Assembly: GCA_965215605.1 (NCBI GenBank)
Contig: OZ244070.1
Span: forward strand, 2,336,001 to 2,400,000
Origin: an uncultured Candidatus Binatia bacterium
GTDB lineage: Bacteria > Desulfobacterota > Binatia > UBA9968 > JAJDTQ01
Direction: 5' to 3'
DNA length: 64,000 nt
Position 1 is the stretch's first letter. Every line of letters starts with the position of its first letter. Shown here piece after piece: positions 1-11,583 of the stretch. Made by a program: the position numbers and the translations under genes. The notes beneath the pieces were generated by a model. It was not told the DNA's origin. It saw only the letters and a program-made list of their open reading frames with translations, and did not search any database.

Positions 1-148
1 GCTCACGGAGGCCGCGCAACAGCGCCGTGAGCCTGCCGCCCTTGCGCCCGAGGTAGTCGATGCGGATCTGCTCCAACTCCTGTTCCGAGGCGCACTGACC
101 GAGGCGCCCGGCGACTTCCTCATGGAGTTTCTCGAGGGTCTCGATCAT
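1..148 (-). CDS. pheS: Phenylalanine--tRNA ligase alpha subunit, N-terminal part (runs off window)
   Basis: Manual translation from ATG at 148: MIETLEKLHEEV...LEQIRIDYLGRKGGRLTALLRGL, the PheS N-terminal motif; canonical position after rplT. Confidence 0.9.
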   Translation of the reverse strand, partial: MIETLEKLHEEVAGRLGQCASEQELEQIRIDYLGRKGGRLTALLRGLRE

Positions 149-166
149 GGGGTCGGTGCGAATGGT

Positions 167-553
167 CTATTCGGATTCGAGGGCAACCCCCGGGTCGGTG
201 TCGAGGGCATGCTTGGCGCGCTGGACGAGCTGATCGAACACGGCCGCGTCGCGTGCCGCGAGATCGGCGAGGATCTTGCGGTCCAACTCCACGCCGGCTT
301 TCTTCAAGCCGTGGATCAGGCGGCTGTAGGATAGCCCGTTGACCCGCGCGCCGGCGCTGATGCGGATGTTCCACAAGCCCCGGAACGTGCGTTTGCGCAC
401 CCGCCGGTCGCGGTAGGCATAGACCAGTCCCCGCTCGACGGTCTCCCTGGCGACCCGGTACAGTCGGCGCCTCCCTCCGACGTACCCCTTGGCCAGCTTC
501 ATGATCTTTCTTCGGCGTCGGCGGGAAGCCGGTCCGCCTTTGACTCTAGGCAT
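167..553 (-). CDS. rplT: 50S ribosomal protein L20
   Basis: MPRVKGG...AKGY...YAYRDRR...[11 protein letters not shown]...[10 protein letters not shown]. Confidence 0.98.
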   Translation of the reverse strand: MPRVKGGPASRRRRRKIMKLAKGYVGGRRRLYRVARETVERGLVYAYRDRRVRKRTFRGLWNIRISAGARVNGLSYSRLIHGLKKAGVELDRKILADLAARDAAVFDQLVQRAKHALDTDPGVALESE

Positions 554-652
554 CGCGCGTGCTCCTTGAACAAATCTTGACCGCGGCGCCGCCGGGCAGG
601 TCCCGCCCGGGCGCCTCGTTCGAACTCGTGATGATGTCGGTGAAAGTTCTGC

Positions 653-850
653 CTACAGGTAAGGGATGAGACGCCGCACGTTCTTCGTTTCGTAGCTCGA
701 TACCGACTCGGCTTGTCTCAGGCGGCGTTTCCGCTTGCGGCTCTTGGTGGACAGAATATGGCTCGTGAAGCCGCGCCGCCTCATGACCTTGCCGCTCTTG
801 CTGACCTTGAACCGCTTGGCCGCCCCCCTCTTGGTCTTTATCTTGGGCAT
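653..850 (-). CDS. rpmI: 50S ribosomal protein L35
   Basis: MPKIKTKRGAAKRFKVSKSGKV...HIL; between infC and rplT. Confidence 0.98.
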   Translation of the reverse strand: MPKIKTKRGAAKRFKVSKSGKVMRRRGFTSHILSTKSRKRKRRLRQAESVSSYETKNVRRLIPYL

Positions 851-884
851 CCTTGTTTTCCTTGTCCCTCTCGTGATTCGTGTA

Positions 885-1397
885 TCAGGCGTTGGCTTTC
901 GGCGTCAGAAGCATGGCCATGCTCCGTCCTTCCAGCTTCGGCGACACGTCCAGTTTGGCCAGATCCTGCACCACTTCAAAGACTCCGTTCAGCATGGCCC
1001 TGCCGAGTTCAGGGTGCGTTATCTCGCGTCCCCGGAAGAACACCGACACCTTGACCCGCTGTCCCCGTTCGAGGAAGCGCCGGATGTTCCGGACCTTGAA
1101 CTCCAGGTCGTGCGTGTTGGTCCGAGCCCCCATCTTGACCTCTTTGACCGCGACGAAGGTGGCGTTGCGTTTCGCCTCCTGCGTCTTCTTCTTTTGCAGG
1201 TAGCGGAACTTGCCGTAGTCCAGCAAGCGGCAAACCGGGGGCTGTGCGTCAGGGGCTACTTCCACCAGATCGAGCTCTTTTTGCTCCGCGATGCTCAGAG
1301 CTTCATGCAACGGCATGACTCCAAGCTGGTCCTCCGCGTCGATTACGCGAACCTCGCGCGCTCGGATCTGCTGGTTGATTCGTGTGGGCCGCGCTAT
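885..1397 (-). CDS. infC: Translation initiation factor IF-3 with non-canonical ATA start
   Basis: LDLVEVAPDAQPPVCRLLDYGKFRY motif. The frame extends 27 codons upstream of the ORF-track ATG (RINQQIRAREVRVID) to ATA at 1397, preceded by SD GGAGGTG. Confidence 0.95.
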   Translation of the reverse strand: MARPTRINQQIRAREVRVIDAEDQLGVMPLHEALSIAEQKELDLVEVAPDAQPPVCRLLDYGKFRYLQKKKTQEAKRNATFVAVKEVKMGARTNTHDLEFKVRNIRRFLERGQRVKVSVFFRGREITHPELGRAMLNGVFEVVQDLAKLDVSPKLEGRSMAMLLTPKANA

Positions 1398-1431
1398 AAA
1401 GCACCTCCTGCGAAGATCTGCGTCCCCGGTT

Positions 1432-3348
1432 TCATTGGACCGGCTCCGTTTCCTGCCGCACGTCTTCCCGGAGCCTCTGTGCGAATGCCTCTACCGACAT
1501 CGCCGGGAGGTTCTCCCCGCCCCGTTTTCTTGCCGACAGGGTCCCGTTCTGCACTTCCTTGTCACCGATCACCAGCGCGTACGGTATCTTGGCCATTTGG
1601 GCTTCCCGGATCTTGAAGCCGAGCTTCTCGTTCCGGTCATCCAGGTCCACCCGCCATCCGTCCGCCGCGAGCCCGTCGCGCACTTCGGCCGCATAGGCGT
1701 TTTGTTGATCCGTGACCGTCACGATGCGCGATTGCACGGGGGACAGCCACAAGGGGAACGCCCCCCCGGTGTGTTCGATCAACAGCGCCATGAAGCGTTC
1801 GATGGAGCCGAGAATCGCCCTGTGAATCATCACCGGCCGCTCCTCCGCTCCGGCGGGCGAGACGTAACCGAGGTCGAACCGTTCGGGCATGGAGAAATCG
1901 AGCTGGACCGTGCCGAGCTGCCAGCCGCGCTTCATCGCGTCCTTGACGACGAAATCGATTTTCGGGCCATAAAAGGCGCCGTCGCCTGCACTGATCTCAT
2001 AGGCTACGTTCCGTTTCTCCAGCGATGCGGCCAGCGCGGCCTCGGCGCGTTCCCAGGTTTCCAGCTCTCCCAGGTATTGGTCGGGCCTGGTGGAGAGGAA
2101 GACCTCCAGATCCTGGAAGTTGAACCTATGATACACCTCGCGGAGCATGTCAAGCAGACTGGCGATCTCCTGCTCGATCTGCGACGGAGCGCAGAAGATG
2201 TGAGCGTCGTCCTGCGAGAAGCTGCGCACCCGCGTGAGTCCGGCGGTGACGCCAGATTTCTCGTAGCGGTGCAGCCGCCCGAAATCCGCCAGTCGTATCG
2301 GCAGGTCCCGGTAGGAGCGCTTCTTCGAGGCATAGATGAACGTGTGGCTCGGGCAGTTCATGGGCTTGACGCCGAACTCGCGCTCATCGATGTGGGTGAA
2401 GTACATGTTGTCCTTGTAGTGATCGTAGTGCCCGGACCGGTGCCACAGGCCGGCGTCGAAGATCTGCGGCGTGATCACCTCTTCGTAGCCGTAGCGCCGG
2501 TAATGGCCGCGCATGTACTCCACCAGGGTGTTGTAGACGAATGCTCCCTTGGGATGAAAGAACGGGCTTGCCGGCGCCGCGGGATGAAAGCTGAAGAGGT
2601 CCAGCTCCTTGCCGAGCTTGCGATGGTCCCGCTTGCGCGCCTCCTCCAGGAGCGCCAGGTGTTCCTTCAACTGTTTCCGGGAGGGGAACGCGGTGCCGTA
2701 GATGCGCTGCAGCATCTCGTTCTTCTCGTCGCCGCGCCAGTAGGCCCCGGCCACCGAAGTCAGCTTGAAGGCCTGGATCAACCCGGTGTTGGGCAGGTGC
2801 GGGCCCCGACAGAGGTCGACCCAGTCCCCCTGGCGATAGAGCGACACGGTCTCGTCGGGAATCCCGGAAAGGATCTCGACCTTGTAGTCCTCTCCCATGC
2901 CGCGAAACAACTCGATGGCCTCGGCCTTCGGCAGCTCCTCCCGGGCGATGGCCAAGTCCTGCCCCGCCAGCTCGCGCATCCGTTCCTCGACCCGCTCGAT
3001 CTCCTCGGGCGTAAACGGCTTGTCGCGCTTGAAGTCGTAGTAGAAACCTTCCCGGGTGGTGGGGCCGATGGTCACCTGGGTGCCGGGAAACAGGCTCTGA
3101 ACCGCCTGGGCCATGAGATGGGCCGTGGAATGGCGCAGGATATCGACGCCCTCGTCGCTGTCGAGAGGGATCCATTCCACCGCGCAGTCTTCCATCACGG
3201 GCCTCGCAAGATCCACCGCGGCGCCGTCGACGGCGGCCGCCACCATGCGCCGGCCGCCGGGCGGAAGTGCCGCGATGTCTCCGGCCGGCGTGCCGGGAAC
3301 GGCCTCGAGGGTCCCGCCCCCTGGTACGGTTACGCGAATCTTGCTCAT
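1432..3348 (-). CDS. thrS: Threonine--tRNA ligase
   Basis: HSTAHLMAQAV, DLCRGPH, GAYWRGD, RDHRKLG, KPMNCP, GAFYGPKID motifs. Confidence 0.99.
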   Translation of the reverse strand: MSKIRVTVPGGGTLEAVPGTPAGDIAALPPGGRRMVAAAVDGAAVDLARPVMEDCAVEWIPLDSDEGVDILRHSTAHLMAQAVQSLFPGTQVTIGPTTREGFYYDFKRDKPFTPEEIERVEERMRELAGQDLAIAREELPKAEAIELFRGMGEDYKVEILSGIPDETVSLYRQGDWVDLCRGPHLPNTGLIQAFKLTSVAGAYWRGDEKNEMLQRIYGTAFPSRKQLKEHLALLEEARKRDHRKLGKELDLFSFHPAAPASPFFHPKGAFVYNTLVEYMRGHYRRYGYEEVITPQIFDAGLWHRSGHYDHYKDNMYFTHIDEREFGVKPMNCPSHTFIYASKKRSYRDLPIRLADFGRLHRYEKSGVTAGLTRVRSFSQDDAHIFCAPSQIEQEIASLLDMLREVYHRFNFQDLEVFLSTRPDQYLGELETWERAEAALAASLEKRNVAYEISAGDGAFYGPKIDFVVKDAMKRGWQLGTVQLDFSMPERFDLGYVSPAGAEERPVMIHRAILGSIERFMALLIEHTGGAFPLWLSPVQSRIVTVTDQQNAYAAEVRDGLAADGWRVDLDDRNEKLGFKIREAQMAKIPYALVIGDKEVQNGTLSARKRGGENLPAMSVEAFAQRLREDVRQETEPVQ

Positions 3349-3407
3349 CCTATCCTGTTATAGTCGGCAAACGGCGGCTGTTCTTGATGGCAGGCAACCG
3401 CGGGGAA

Positions 3408-3482
3408 TGGTAGGCACGGGCGGGATTGAACCGCCGACCTCTTCCGCGTCAAGGAAGCGCTCTCCCACTGAGCTACGTGCCT
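3408..3482 (-). tRNA. tRNA-Val (anticodon GAC)
   Basis: AGGCACGTAGCTCAGTGGGAGAGCGCTTCCTTGACGCGGAAGAGGTCGGCGGTTCAATCCCGCCCGTGCCTACCA folds as a cloverleaf with GTTCAA T-loop and encoded CCA. Confidence 0.97.
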
Positions 3483-3508
3483 CGATCCACCTTCGCAAAG
3501 GTCCGATT

Positions 3509-3537
3509 TTATTACCAAAGGGAAGGGTATCTGTCAA
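3509..3537 (-). promoter_or_regulatory. Putative sigma70 promoter for tRNA-Val/thrS
   Basis: TTGACA-17 nt-TAATAA on the minus strand, overlapping the hflX stop. Confidence 0.6.
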
Positions 3538-4850
3538 CGGCGCGGGGCTCTCTGGAGTTCCCCGAGCTCCGCGCCGTTGGCGGCGGCCAGCTTCCTGATC
3601 TGCCCCGAGACCTTGGCCGTAACCAGCGCGGTGATCCGCACGCCGTGCTCGTCGTATTCCTCGGCAAGCACCTGTCCCCGGGCGCGCAGGAAAGGGATGA
3701 TAACGGTCTCGGATTGCGGAAGCGTCAAATGGATGCGCTGCTTTCCCCGGTCCAGCAGTCTCCCGACGGTTTCCAGCAGCCGGTCGATGCCCTCCCCGGT
3801 GCGGGCGGAGATGGGGCACAGGCCTTCGTGGCCGTTCGGGGGGTAGAGAGGCAGGCCCTCGGCGACGTCGATCTTGTTGGGCACGATCAGGCGCGGGGTG
3901 CCGGCCGCGCCGATGTCGTCCAGCACCGAATCGACGATGGCGAGTTGCCGTTCGGCCAGGGGGCTCGTGGGGTCCAGCACACACAGCATCAGGTCGGCCT
4001 GATGGATCTCTTCCAGGGTGGCCTTGAACGCGTCCATGAGGGTGTGGGGGATCTTGTTGATGAAGCCCACGGTGTCCACCAGCATCACCCGTTCGCCGTT
4101 GGGCAGCCGCAGCGCCCGCGTGCGCGGATCGAGGGTGGCGAAGAGCTTGTCCGCGGCCAGCACCCCGGCCCGGGTCAGGCGGTTCATCAGCGTGGACTTG
4201 CCGGAGTTGGTATAGCCCACCAGCGCCACGGTGGGGTAGGGGATGGCCTCCCGTTCCTTGCGCTGCAGCCGCCGGGTCTTGGCCACGCCGTCCAGCCGCC
4301 GTTTGAGACGGCCGATGCGTTCCCGGATGCGCCTGCGGTCCACCTCGAGCTGGGTTTCGCCCGGGCCGCGCGTGCCGATGCCGCCGGCGATGCGGGAGAG
4401 GTGGGACCAGAGCCGGGTGAGCCGGGGAAGCAGGTATTCCAGTTGCGCCAGCTCCACCTGGAGCTTGCCCTCCCGGCTCCGGGCGCGCAGCGCGAAGATG
4501 TCCAGGATGAGCTGCGTGCGGTCCACCACCCGGAGGTTGAGCGACGACTCCAGGTTCCGTTGCTGCGCCGGCGTGAGGTCGTTGTCGAAGATGACCAGGT
4601 CGGGCTGGTGCTCGCCGACGAACGCGCGGACCTCCGCCACCTTGCCGGAGCCCGCCAGGGTGGCGGTGTGGAACCGGCCGGTGTGCTGGCTGAAGACGCC
4701 CACGACCCGGGCGCCGGCGCTGGCGGCGAGCCCCTGAAGCTCCTCCAGGCTCTCTTCCAGCGGAACGTCGTCGGCGGAGGCCGGCGTTTCCACGCCCACC
4801 AGCACCGCGCGCTCGGCCTGCCCGTCCCGTTCGCCGTGGTTCAATTCCAC
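3534..4850 (-). CDS. hflX: GTPase HflX
   Basis: [60 protein letters not shown]. Probable GTG start overlaps the dnaE stop. Confidence 0.96.
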   Translation of the reverse strand: MELNHGERDGQAERAVLVGVETPASADDVPLEESLEELQGLAASAGARVVGVFSQHTGRFHTATLAGSGKVAEVRAFVGEHQPDLVIFDNDLTPAQQRNLESSLNLRVVDRTQLILDIFALRARSREGKLQVELAQLEYLLPRLTRLWSHLSRIAGGIGTRGPGETQLEVDRRRIRERIGRLKRRLDGVAKTRRLQRKEREAIPYPTVALVGYTNSGKSTLMNRLTRAGVLAADKLFATLDPRTRALRLPNGERVMLVDTVGFINKIPHTLMDAFKATLEEIHQADLMLCVLDPTSPLAERQLAIVDSVLDDIGAAGTPRLIVPNKIDVAEGLPLYPPNGHEGLCPISARTGEGIDRLLETVGRLLDRGKQRIHLTLPQSETVIIPFLRARGQVLAEEYDEHGVRITALVTAKVSGQIRKLAAANGAELGELQRAPRR

Positions 4851-7800
4851 TAGCTGCTTCTCGACGTGATTCCGAACTTGCGTTGCACGGTATCCAGCAA
4901 CACTCGCGAGGGGTTGATGCGGAAGTCGGCGGGTCCGATGACCTTGGTCTCCCGGGCGGCGGTGGTCATGTGGAGATAGACCGACGCCTTCCCTTGTTCG
5001 CCGGCGATGAAGTCGTGGAACGCCCGCAGCTCCTGACGGTGGTCCTCCGTCAGGTAGAAGTGCACTTCCCGTGGAGTGTTGTTCGCATGGGCGGTGATGG
5101 CTTGGGCGCAGGCCTCCTCCAGCGGCAGGATGTCGTTGGCGATGAGGGTGATGCGCTCCTCGCCGATGTCCAGCCTGCCCTTGACCCGGATGGGGTCGTC
5201 GCGTCCGATGCAGTCCGCCGTCTGCCGGTACGTGTCGGGCCACGCGATGGTATCCACGAACCCGCTCTTGTCCTCGAGGTTGAAGTTGGCGTATCGCTCG
5301 CCCTTCTTGGTGTTCTTGAGCTTCAGCGCGGTGACCACTCCCACCATGGTGACGTCGCCGTTGTTTCCGTGCGCGCGGACCCGGTTGGCCGGCAACGCGC
5401 GCAGCCGTTTGAGGGACTCCTCGAACCGGTCCAGCGGATGGCCGGTGACATAGAAGCCCACGGTCTCCTTCTCGAACGCCAGGAGCTGGCTGCCGGTCCA
5501 CTCCTCCACGGATTCATAGGCGTCCATGGGGTCCTTGGCGGGGGCCGCGAGCAGGTCGAACATGCCGAACTGGGAGCTGTCCCGGTCCCGCTGGGAGGAC
5601 TGGCCGGATTTCAGGGCGTCGTCCAGCGACGCCCTGAGGCGGGCGCGGTACACGCCGGTGGAGTCGAAGGCGCCGCATTTGACCAGGCTTTCCACCACCC
5701 GCCGGTTGACCACCTTCAGGTCCACCCGCCGGCAGAAGTCGAAGAGCGACTCGAAGGGGCCGGTGTGTTCGCGGGTCTCCCGGATGGCCTCGACAGCCTT
5801 CTCGCCGACGTTCTTGACCGCCGAAAGGCCGAAGCGGATGCGCTCTCCCACCACCGTGAACCGGGCGCCTCCCTCGTTGACGTCCGGCGGCAGCACCTCC
5901 ACGCCCTGCTCGCGGCACTCCGCGAGGTTCTTGATGACCTTGTCGGTGTCGCCCATTTCCGAGCTCATGAGCGCCGCCATGAACTCCACCGGGTAGTGCG
6001 CCTTCAGCCAGGCCGTGTGGTAGGAGACCAGGGCGTAGGCGGCGGAATGGGACTTGTTGAAGCCGTAGCGGGCGAAGGTCTCCATCTGATCGAAGATGGC
6101 GGTGGCATGCTCCTTCCGGATGCCGTTGGCGTCCGCCCCCTCGACGAACCGCTGCCGCTGGCTGGCCATCTCCTCGGGGTCCTTCTTGCCCATGGCGCGG
6201 CGCAGGATGTCCGCTTCGCCGAGGCCGTAGTTGGCCATGGTCTGGGCGATCTGCATGACCTGCTCCTGGTACACGATGACGCCGTAGGTGTCCTTCAGGA
6301 TGGGCTGGAGTTGCGGATGCAGATAGGAGGTCTTCTCCTTGCCGCTCTTGCGCTTGATGTACTCTTCCGCCATGCCGCTATCCAGCGGACCCGGGCGGTA
6401 GAGGGCGAGGATGGCGACGAGGTCCTCGAAGCAGTTGGGTTTGATGCGCACGCTCATCTCGCGGATGCCCGTGCTTTCGAGCTGGAAGATCCCGGTGGTG
6501 TTGCCGCTGCCCACCAGCCGGTAGGCTTCCGGGTCGTCCAGGGCGTCCTCCTGGAGGTCGGGCGCGGCGCCGCGGCTCTGCCGGATCAGATCCAGGCAGT
6601 CGTGGATCAGGGTCAGCGTCTTGAGTCCCAGGAAGTCGAACTTGACGAGGCCGATCTTCTCCACGCTGGACATGTCGTACTGGGTGACGATGTTGCCGTC
6701 GCGGTCCTGGTACAGGGGCAGGTGGTCCACCAGCGGAAGGTTGGAGATCACCACTCCCGCCGCGTGGGTCGACGAGTGCCGGGTGAGCCCCTCCAGGCGC
6801 AGCGCGTGGCTGATGAGGTTGGCGACGCGCGGATCCTCGTCCGCCAGTTGGTTCAGCCGGGGCTCCTGCTTGAGGGCGTCGGTAAGCGAGCAGTCGAAGC
6901 CCTGCCTGGAAGCGGGCACCAGCTTGGCGATGGCGTCGGTCTCCGCGAACGAGAGCCCCACCGCGCGTCCCACGTCGCGGATGGCGGCCTTGGCCTTGAG
7001 GGTCCCGAAGGTGGTGATCTGGGCCACCTTGTCGGCGCCGTACTTGTCCTTGACGTACTGGATCACCTTGTCCCGGCCGCGGATGCAGAAGTCCACGTCG
7101 ATGTCGGGCATGGAGCGCCGTTCCGGGTTCAGGAAGCGCTCGAACAGCAGGTTGTGGCGTATCGGGTCGAGGTCGGTGATGCGCAGCGCATAGGCCACCA
7201 GGCTGCCGGCCGCGGAGCCGCGTCCGGGCCCCACCGGTATGCCCTCGTCCTTGGCGTAGTTGATGAAGTCCGCCACGATGAGGAAGTAGCCCGGGAACTG
7301 CATGCTCTTGATGACGCCCAGCTCGAAATCGAGCCGCTCCCGATAGGCGCCGCGGTCAACCTCGCCGGCGTCCTTGAGCCGGTCATCGAGGCCCTGGCGG
7401 GCGCGGGTGTCGAGGTAGTCGTCGAGACTCTGGGCGTCCGGCGCCTCGTAGTGCGGGAAGTGGTACTTGCCGAACTCGATCTCGACGTCGCAACGCTCCG
7501 CGATGGCCGCGCTCTGGGCCACCGCGTCCGGCAGGTGCGCGAACCCTTCCAGCATCTGGTCGGTGGACTTGAGGAACAGCTCCTCGGTGTCCATCTTCAT
7601 GCGGTTGGTGTCGTTGTGCCCCTTGCCGGTCTGGATGCACAGCAGGATGTCGTGCGCCTGGGCGTCCTCGGGGTCCAGGTAATGGCAGTCGTTGGTGGCC
7701 ACGATGGGCAGCGAGAGGTCCTTGCCCAGCTCCAGGATGCCGGCGTTCACCTTCTCCTGCAGCGGCAGCTTGTTGTCCTGGGCCTCCAGGTAGTAGCGGT

Positions 7801-8317
7801 CGTCGAAAATTTCCCGATAGGCTTCGGCCACCTTCCTCGCCTGCTCCATGGAGCCCAGGGTCAGGGCCTTGGCCATCTCGCCGCTCAGGCAGCCGCTCAA
7901 GGCGATGATGCCGGCGTTGAACTCCCGCAACAGCTCCTTGTCGATCCGCGGCTTGTAGTAGAACCCCTCGGTGAAGCCGTGGGTGACCAGCTTGCAGAGG
8001 TTGCGGTAGCCCTCGTTGTCCATGGCCAGCAGGATCAGATGGTGGTTGTATTCCTTGTTGCCGCGGTCGATTCCCTGGCGCTCGTAGCGGCTCCCCGGGG
8101 CCACGTAGACCTCGCAGCCGAGGATCGGCTTGATGCCGGCCGCCACCGCCTTGCGGTAGAACTCCACCGCGCCGAACATGTTGCCGTGATCGGTCATGGC
8201 GATGGCCGGCTGTCCCAGGTCCCTGGCCCGCTCGATCAGCGGGTCGATCTTGTTGGCGCCGTCGAGCAGGCTGTACTGGGTGTGGCAGTGAAGGTGCACG
8301 AAATTGTGGTTGCTCAT
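4850..8317 (-). CDS. dnaE: DNA polymerase III alpha subunit
   Basis: [19 protein letters not shown] domain, [30 protein letters not shown]. Confidence 0.99.
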   Translation of the reverse strand: MSNHNFVHLHCHTQYSLLDGANKIDPLIERARDLGQPAIAMTDHGNMFGAVEFYRKAVAAGIKPILGCEVYVAPGSRYERQGIDRGNKEYNHHLILLAMDNEGYRNLCKLVTHGFTEGFYYKPRIDKELLREFNAGIIALSGCLSGEMAKALTLGSMEQARKVAEAYREIFDDRYYLEAQDNKLPLQEKVNAGILELGKDLSLPIVATNDCHYLDPEDAQAHDILLCIQTGKGHNDTNRMKMDTEELFLKSTDQMLEGFAHLPDAVAQSAAIAERCDVEIEFGKYHFPHYEAPDAQSLDDYLDTRARQGLDDRLKDAGEVDRGAYRERLDFELGVIKSMQFPGYFLIVADFINYAKDEGIPVGPGRGSAAGSLVAYALRITDLDPIRHNLLFERFLNPERRSMPDIDVDFCIRGRDKVIQYVKDKYGADKVAQITTFGTLKAKAAIRDVGRAVGLSFAETDAIAKLVPASRQGFDCSLTDALKQEPRLNQLADEDPRVANLISHALRLEGLTRHSSTHAAGVVISNLPLVDHLPLYQDRDGNIVTQYDMSSVEKIGLVKFDFLGLKTLTLIHDCLDLIRQSRGAAPDLQEDALDDPEAYRLVGSGNTTGIFQLESTGIREMSVRIKPNCFEDLVAILALYRPGPLDSGMAEEYIKRKSGKEKTSYLHPQLQPILKDTYGVIVYQEQVMQIAQTMANYGLGEADILRRAMGKKDPEEMASQRQRFVEGADANGIRKEHATAIFDQMETFARYGFNKSHSAAYALVSYHTAWLKAHYPVEFMAALMSSEMGDTDKVIKNLAECREQGVEVLPPDVNEGGARFTVVGERIRFGLSAVKNVGEKAVEAIRETREHTGPFESLFDFCRRVDLKVVNRRVVESLVKCGAFDSTGVYRARLRASLDDALKSGQSSQRDRDSSQFGMFDLLAAPAKDPMDAYESVEEWTGSQLLAFEKETVGFYVTGHPLDRFEESLKRLRALPANRVRAHGNNGDVTMVGVVTALKLKNTKKGERYANFNLEDKSGFVDTIAWPDTYRQTADCIGRDDPIRVKGRLDIGEERITLIANDILPLEEACAQAITAHANNTPREVHFYLTEDHRQELRAFHDFIAGEQGKASVYLHMTTAARETKVIGPADFRINPSRVLLDTVQRKFGITSRSS

Positions 8318-8339
8318 CTTCGGAATCGTCTTCCTTTGC

Positions 8340-9872
8340 TCACTCCCATTCGATGGTGGCCGGCGGCTTGGACGAGATGTCGTAGACCACCCGGTTGATG
8401 CCGCGCACCTCGTTGATGATGCGGTTGGAGATGCGGCCGAGTAGCTCCGGAGGAAGCGTGACCCAGTCGGCGGTCATGCCGTCCTGGCTTTCCACCGCCC
8501 TTACCGCCGCCACGTTCTCGTAGGTGCGCTCGTCGCCCATGACGCCCACGGTGCGGATGGGCAGCAGGACGGCGAAGGACTGCCAGATGCGTTCGTAGAG
8601 CCCGGCGTTGCGCACCTCCTCCACCACGATGGCGTCGGCCGCCCGCAGGATCCGAAGGCGCTCTTCGGTGACGTCGCCGAGGATGCGGATGGCCAGACCG
8701 GGTCCCGGAAACGGCTGCCGGTGGATCCACCGGTCCGGCAGGCCCAGCTCCCGGCCCAGCTCGCGGACCTCGTCCTTGAACAGTTCCCGCAAGGGTTCCA
8801 CCAGCTCGAACTTCATGCTCTCGGGGAGTCCGCCGACGTTGTGGTGGCTCTTGATGAGCGCGGACGGGCCGGCATGGGGCACCGACTCGATGACGTCGGG
8901 GTAGAGGGTGCCCTGGCACAGGAACGGGAAGTCGCCGAGCTTGCGGGTCTCGTCCTCGAATACGCGGATGAAGAGGTTGCCGATGCGCTTGCGCTTCTCT
9001 TCCGGGTCCTCCACCCCTTCCAGGACGTCGAGGAACCGCCGGGACGCGTCCACGTAGCGGAAGCCTTCCCCGAAGCCCTGCCCCATGACCTGGGCCACCG
9101 CTTCCGCCTCCCCCTGCCGCAGCAGCCCGTTGTTGACGAAGACGCAAACGAGCCGGTCGCCGATGGCGCGGTGCACCAGGGTGGCGGCCACCGACGAGTC
9201 CACCCCGCCGCTCAGCCCGCACAGCACCCGCGCGCCGCCCACCTGCCGGCGGATCCGTTCCACCGCGGCGGAGGCGAAGTGCTCCATGTCCCAATCCGCG
9301 GCGCACCCGCAGACCCGGAACAGGAAGTTCTCCAGGATGGTCCGCCCGTTCCGGGTGTGCGCCACCTCGGGATGGAACTGGAGGCCGTAGAGACGCCGCC
9401 GGCCGTCGGCGAACGCGGCGATGGGGGAGTTGCCGGTGTGGGCGATCACCGACCAGTCGTCGGGCAGCGACGTCATCCGGTCGCCGTGGCTCATCCACAC
9501 GCTCTGGCCGCCGTCGGAGTCGAGTCCGGCGAAGAGGTCGGTGGCGTCGTCGACGGTGAGGTCGGCGAGCCCGTATTCCCGTTCCATTGCTTCGGCCACC
9601 CCGCCCCCCATGGCCTGGTTGATGATGCCCATGCCGTAGCAGATGCCCAGGAAGGGCACGGGCAGCCGGAACAGCTCCGGCCCCACCGTGGGCGCGTCGC
9701 TGCTATAGACGCTGGCGGGGCCGCCGGACAGGATGACGCCGGCGGGTTCCAGCCGGGCCAGCCGTTCCACGGGAGTGTCGAAAGGGTGTATCTCGCAGTA
9801 GACGCGCGCTTCGCGTACACGGCGGGCGATGAGCTGCGTGTACTGCGATCCGAAGTCCAGGATGACGATCAT
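8340..9872 (-). CDS. guaA: GMP synthase (glutamine-hydrolysing)
   Basis: [53 protein letters not shown]. Confidence 0.99.
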   Translation of the reverse strand: MIVILDFGSQYTQLIARRVREARVYCEIHPFDTPVERLARLEPAGVILSGGPASVYSSDAPTVGPELFRLPVPFLGICYGMGIINQAMGGGVAEAMEREYGLADLTVDDATDLFAGLDSDGGQSVWMSHGDRMTSLPDDWSVIAHTGNSPIAAFADGRRRLYGLQFHPEVAHTRNGRTILENFLFRVCGCAADWDMEHFASAAVERIRRQVGGARVLCGLSGGVDSSVAATLVHRAIGDRLVCVFVNNGLLRQGEAEAVAQVMGQGFGEGFRYVDASRRFLDVLEGVEDPEEKRKRIGNLFIRVFEDETRKLGDFPFLCQGTLYPDVIESVPHAGPSALIKSHHNVGGLPESMKFELVEPLRELFKDEVRELGRELGLPDRWIHRQPFPGPGLAIRILGDVTEERLRILRAADAIVVEEVRNAGLYERIWQSFAVLLPIRTVGVMGDERTYENVAAVRAVESQDGMTADWVTLPPELLGRISNRIINEVRGINRVVYDISSKPPATIEWE

Positions 9873-11335
9873 TCTCTGCGATAGTTGGGCGCTTCGTTGG
9901 TGATGAAGACGTCGTGAACGTGGCCCTCGGTGAGGCCGGCGGCGGTGATCTGCATGAATCGCGCCTTGTCCTGCAGTTCATGGATGTTGGTGCAGCCCAC
10001 GTAGCCCATGCCGGCGCGGACGCCGCCGATGAGCTGGTAGACGTTGGCCGCCAGCGTGCCGCGGTAGGGGACCTGGCCTTCCACCCCTTCCGGCACGAGC
10101 TTCACCTCTTCCTCGACGTCGTCCTGGGCGTAGCGGTCCCTGCTGCCTTCCCGCATGGCGCCGATGGAGCCCATGCCCCGGTAGACCTTGTAGGTCCGGC
10201 CCTGGTAGAGCACCGTCTCTCCCGGGCTTTCCTCGCAGCCGCCGAACAGGGTGCCGATCATCACGGCGTCGGCGCCCGCCGCCAGCGCCTTGGTGATGTC
10301 GCCCGAATACTTGATGCCGCCGTCGGACACCAGCGGCACCCCCGTGCGGGCGCCCACCCGGGCACAGTCGGCGATGGCGCTGAGCTGGGGGACGCCGACC
10401 CCGGAGACCACCCGGGTGGTGCAGATGGAGCCCGGTCCGACCCCCACCTTGACGCCGTTGGCGCCGGCGTCGATCAGGGCCTGGGTGCCCTGGGCCGTGG
10501 CCACGTTGCCGGCGACGAGCTCAAGCTCGGGATAGTCGGCGCGGATCCGCGCCACCGTCTCCAGCACCTTGGCGGAGTGGCCGTGGGCCGTGTCCACCGC
10601 CACCACGTCGACGCCGGCCCGCACCAGCGCCTCCACCCGTTCCTCCCGGTCCGGCCCCACGCCCACCGCCGCGCCCACCCGCAGTTGGCCGCGGTCGTCC
10701 TTGCACGCCATCGGATGGCGGGTCTTCTTCTCGATGTCCTTGACCGTGATCAGGCCCTTCAGCCGGTAGTTCCCGTCCACCACCAGCAGCTTCTCGATGC
10801 GGTGCCGGTGCAGGAGCTCCTGGGCCTCCTCGAGGCCGACGCCGTCCGGCACGGTGACCAGGTCTTCCTTGGTCATCAGCTCGTCGACGCAGCGCTCCAG
10901 GTTCTTCTCGAAACGGAGGTCACGGTTGGTGAGGATGCCCACCAGACGGCCGCCCAGCGTCACCGGCAGGCCCGATATCCCGTGTTGGTCCATCAGCCCC
11001 CGCGCCTCGGCGATCTTCTGGTGCGGGCTTACGGTGACGGGGTCGGAGATCATGCCGCTCTCGAACTTCTTGACCTTCTCGACCTCCCTGGCCTGCGCGT
11101 CCACCGACATGTTGCGGTGGATGAAGCCCATGCCGCCCTCCTGGGCCATGGCAATGGCGGTGCGGGCCTCGGTGACCGTGTCCATGGCGGCGCTCAAGAG
11201 GGGAATGTTGAGCTGGATGCGTTGCGTCAACCGGGTGGAGACATCCGTGTCGCGCGGCAGAATCGACGATTCAGCGGGCACCAGCAGCACGTCATCGAAC
11301 GTGAGCCCAATGGGCAAGACTTCCTGGTCGAGCAT
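9869..11335 (-). CDS. guaB: IMP dehydrogenase
   Basis: [34 protein letters not shown]; CBS pair. Confidence 0.99.
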   Translation of the reverse strand: MLDQEVLPIGLTFDDVLLVPAESSILPRDTDVSTRLTQRIQLNIPLLSAAMDTVTEARTAIAMAQEGGMGFIHRNMSVDAQAREVEKVKKFESGMISDPVTVSPHQKIAEARGLMDQHGISGLPVTLGGRLVGILTNRDLRFEKNLERCVDELMTKEDLVTVPDGVGLEEAQELLHRHRIEKLLVVDGNYRLKGLITVKDIEKKTRHPMACKDDRGQLRVGAAVGVGPDREERVEALVRAGVDVVAVDTAHGHSAKVLETVARIRADYPELELVAGNVATAQGTQALIDAGANGVKVGVGPGSICTTRVVSGVGVPQLSAIADCARVGARTGVPLVSDGGIKYSGDITKALAAGADAVMIGTLFGGCEESPGETVLYQGRTYKVYRGMGSIGAMREGSRDRYAQDDVEEEVKLVPEGVEGQVPYRGTLAANVYQLIGGVRAGMGYVGCTNIHELQDKARFMQITAAGLTEGHVHDVFITNEAPNYRRE

Positions 11336-11370
11336 CCTTCACCTCGAAGCGAACGGCGCCGAAACGGCAC

Positions 11371-11399
11371 AAAAAAAGCCCAGACTTCCGCCTGGGCTT
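11371..11399 (-). terminator. Intrinsic terminator within the guaB 5' leader (possible attenuator)
   Basis: Minus strand AAGCCCAGG-CGGAAG-TCTGGGCTT followed by a T run, about 35 nt upstream of the guaB ATG, with no upstream gene on that strand. Confidence 0.7.
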
Positions 11400-11583
11400 C
11401 CCGGTCATTCCAGCGTCATCCTGTTGTGCATGACACGTCCTAGCAAGATTTCTTTGCGCTGGCAAGGTCCCTTTTTGAGTGTCTCCGGTCCCGATTTTTC
11501 GCTCAATCATTTCGGTCAGTTAGGCACCTTCGAGCCAAGAGCGGCCTAAAGTTCCGGGTCCGCTTGCCGATATGAATTAGAGC

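Noticed and set aside
1291-3363. Long antisense ORFs (for example 1291-3363, 4883-8398, 16075-18201, 32105-34546, 37386-39404, 58107-60332)
   Set aside because: They are shadows of well-identified genes on the opposite strand, expected at high GC, and carry no recognisable motifs
3408-3482. tRNA-Val as an integration site
   Set aside because: It is flanked by core genes; I noticed no integrase or duplicated 3' end
4851-5501. N-terminal extension of the 655-aa hflX ORF
   Set aside because: It overlaps dnaE in another frame; HflX similarity starts near 4850
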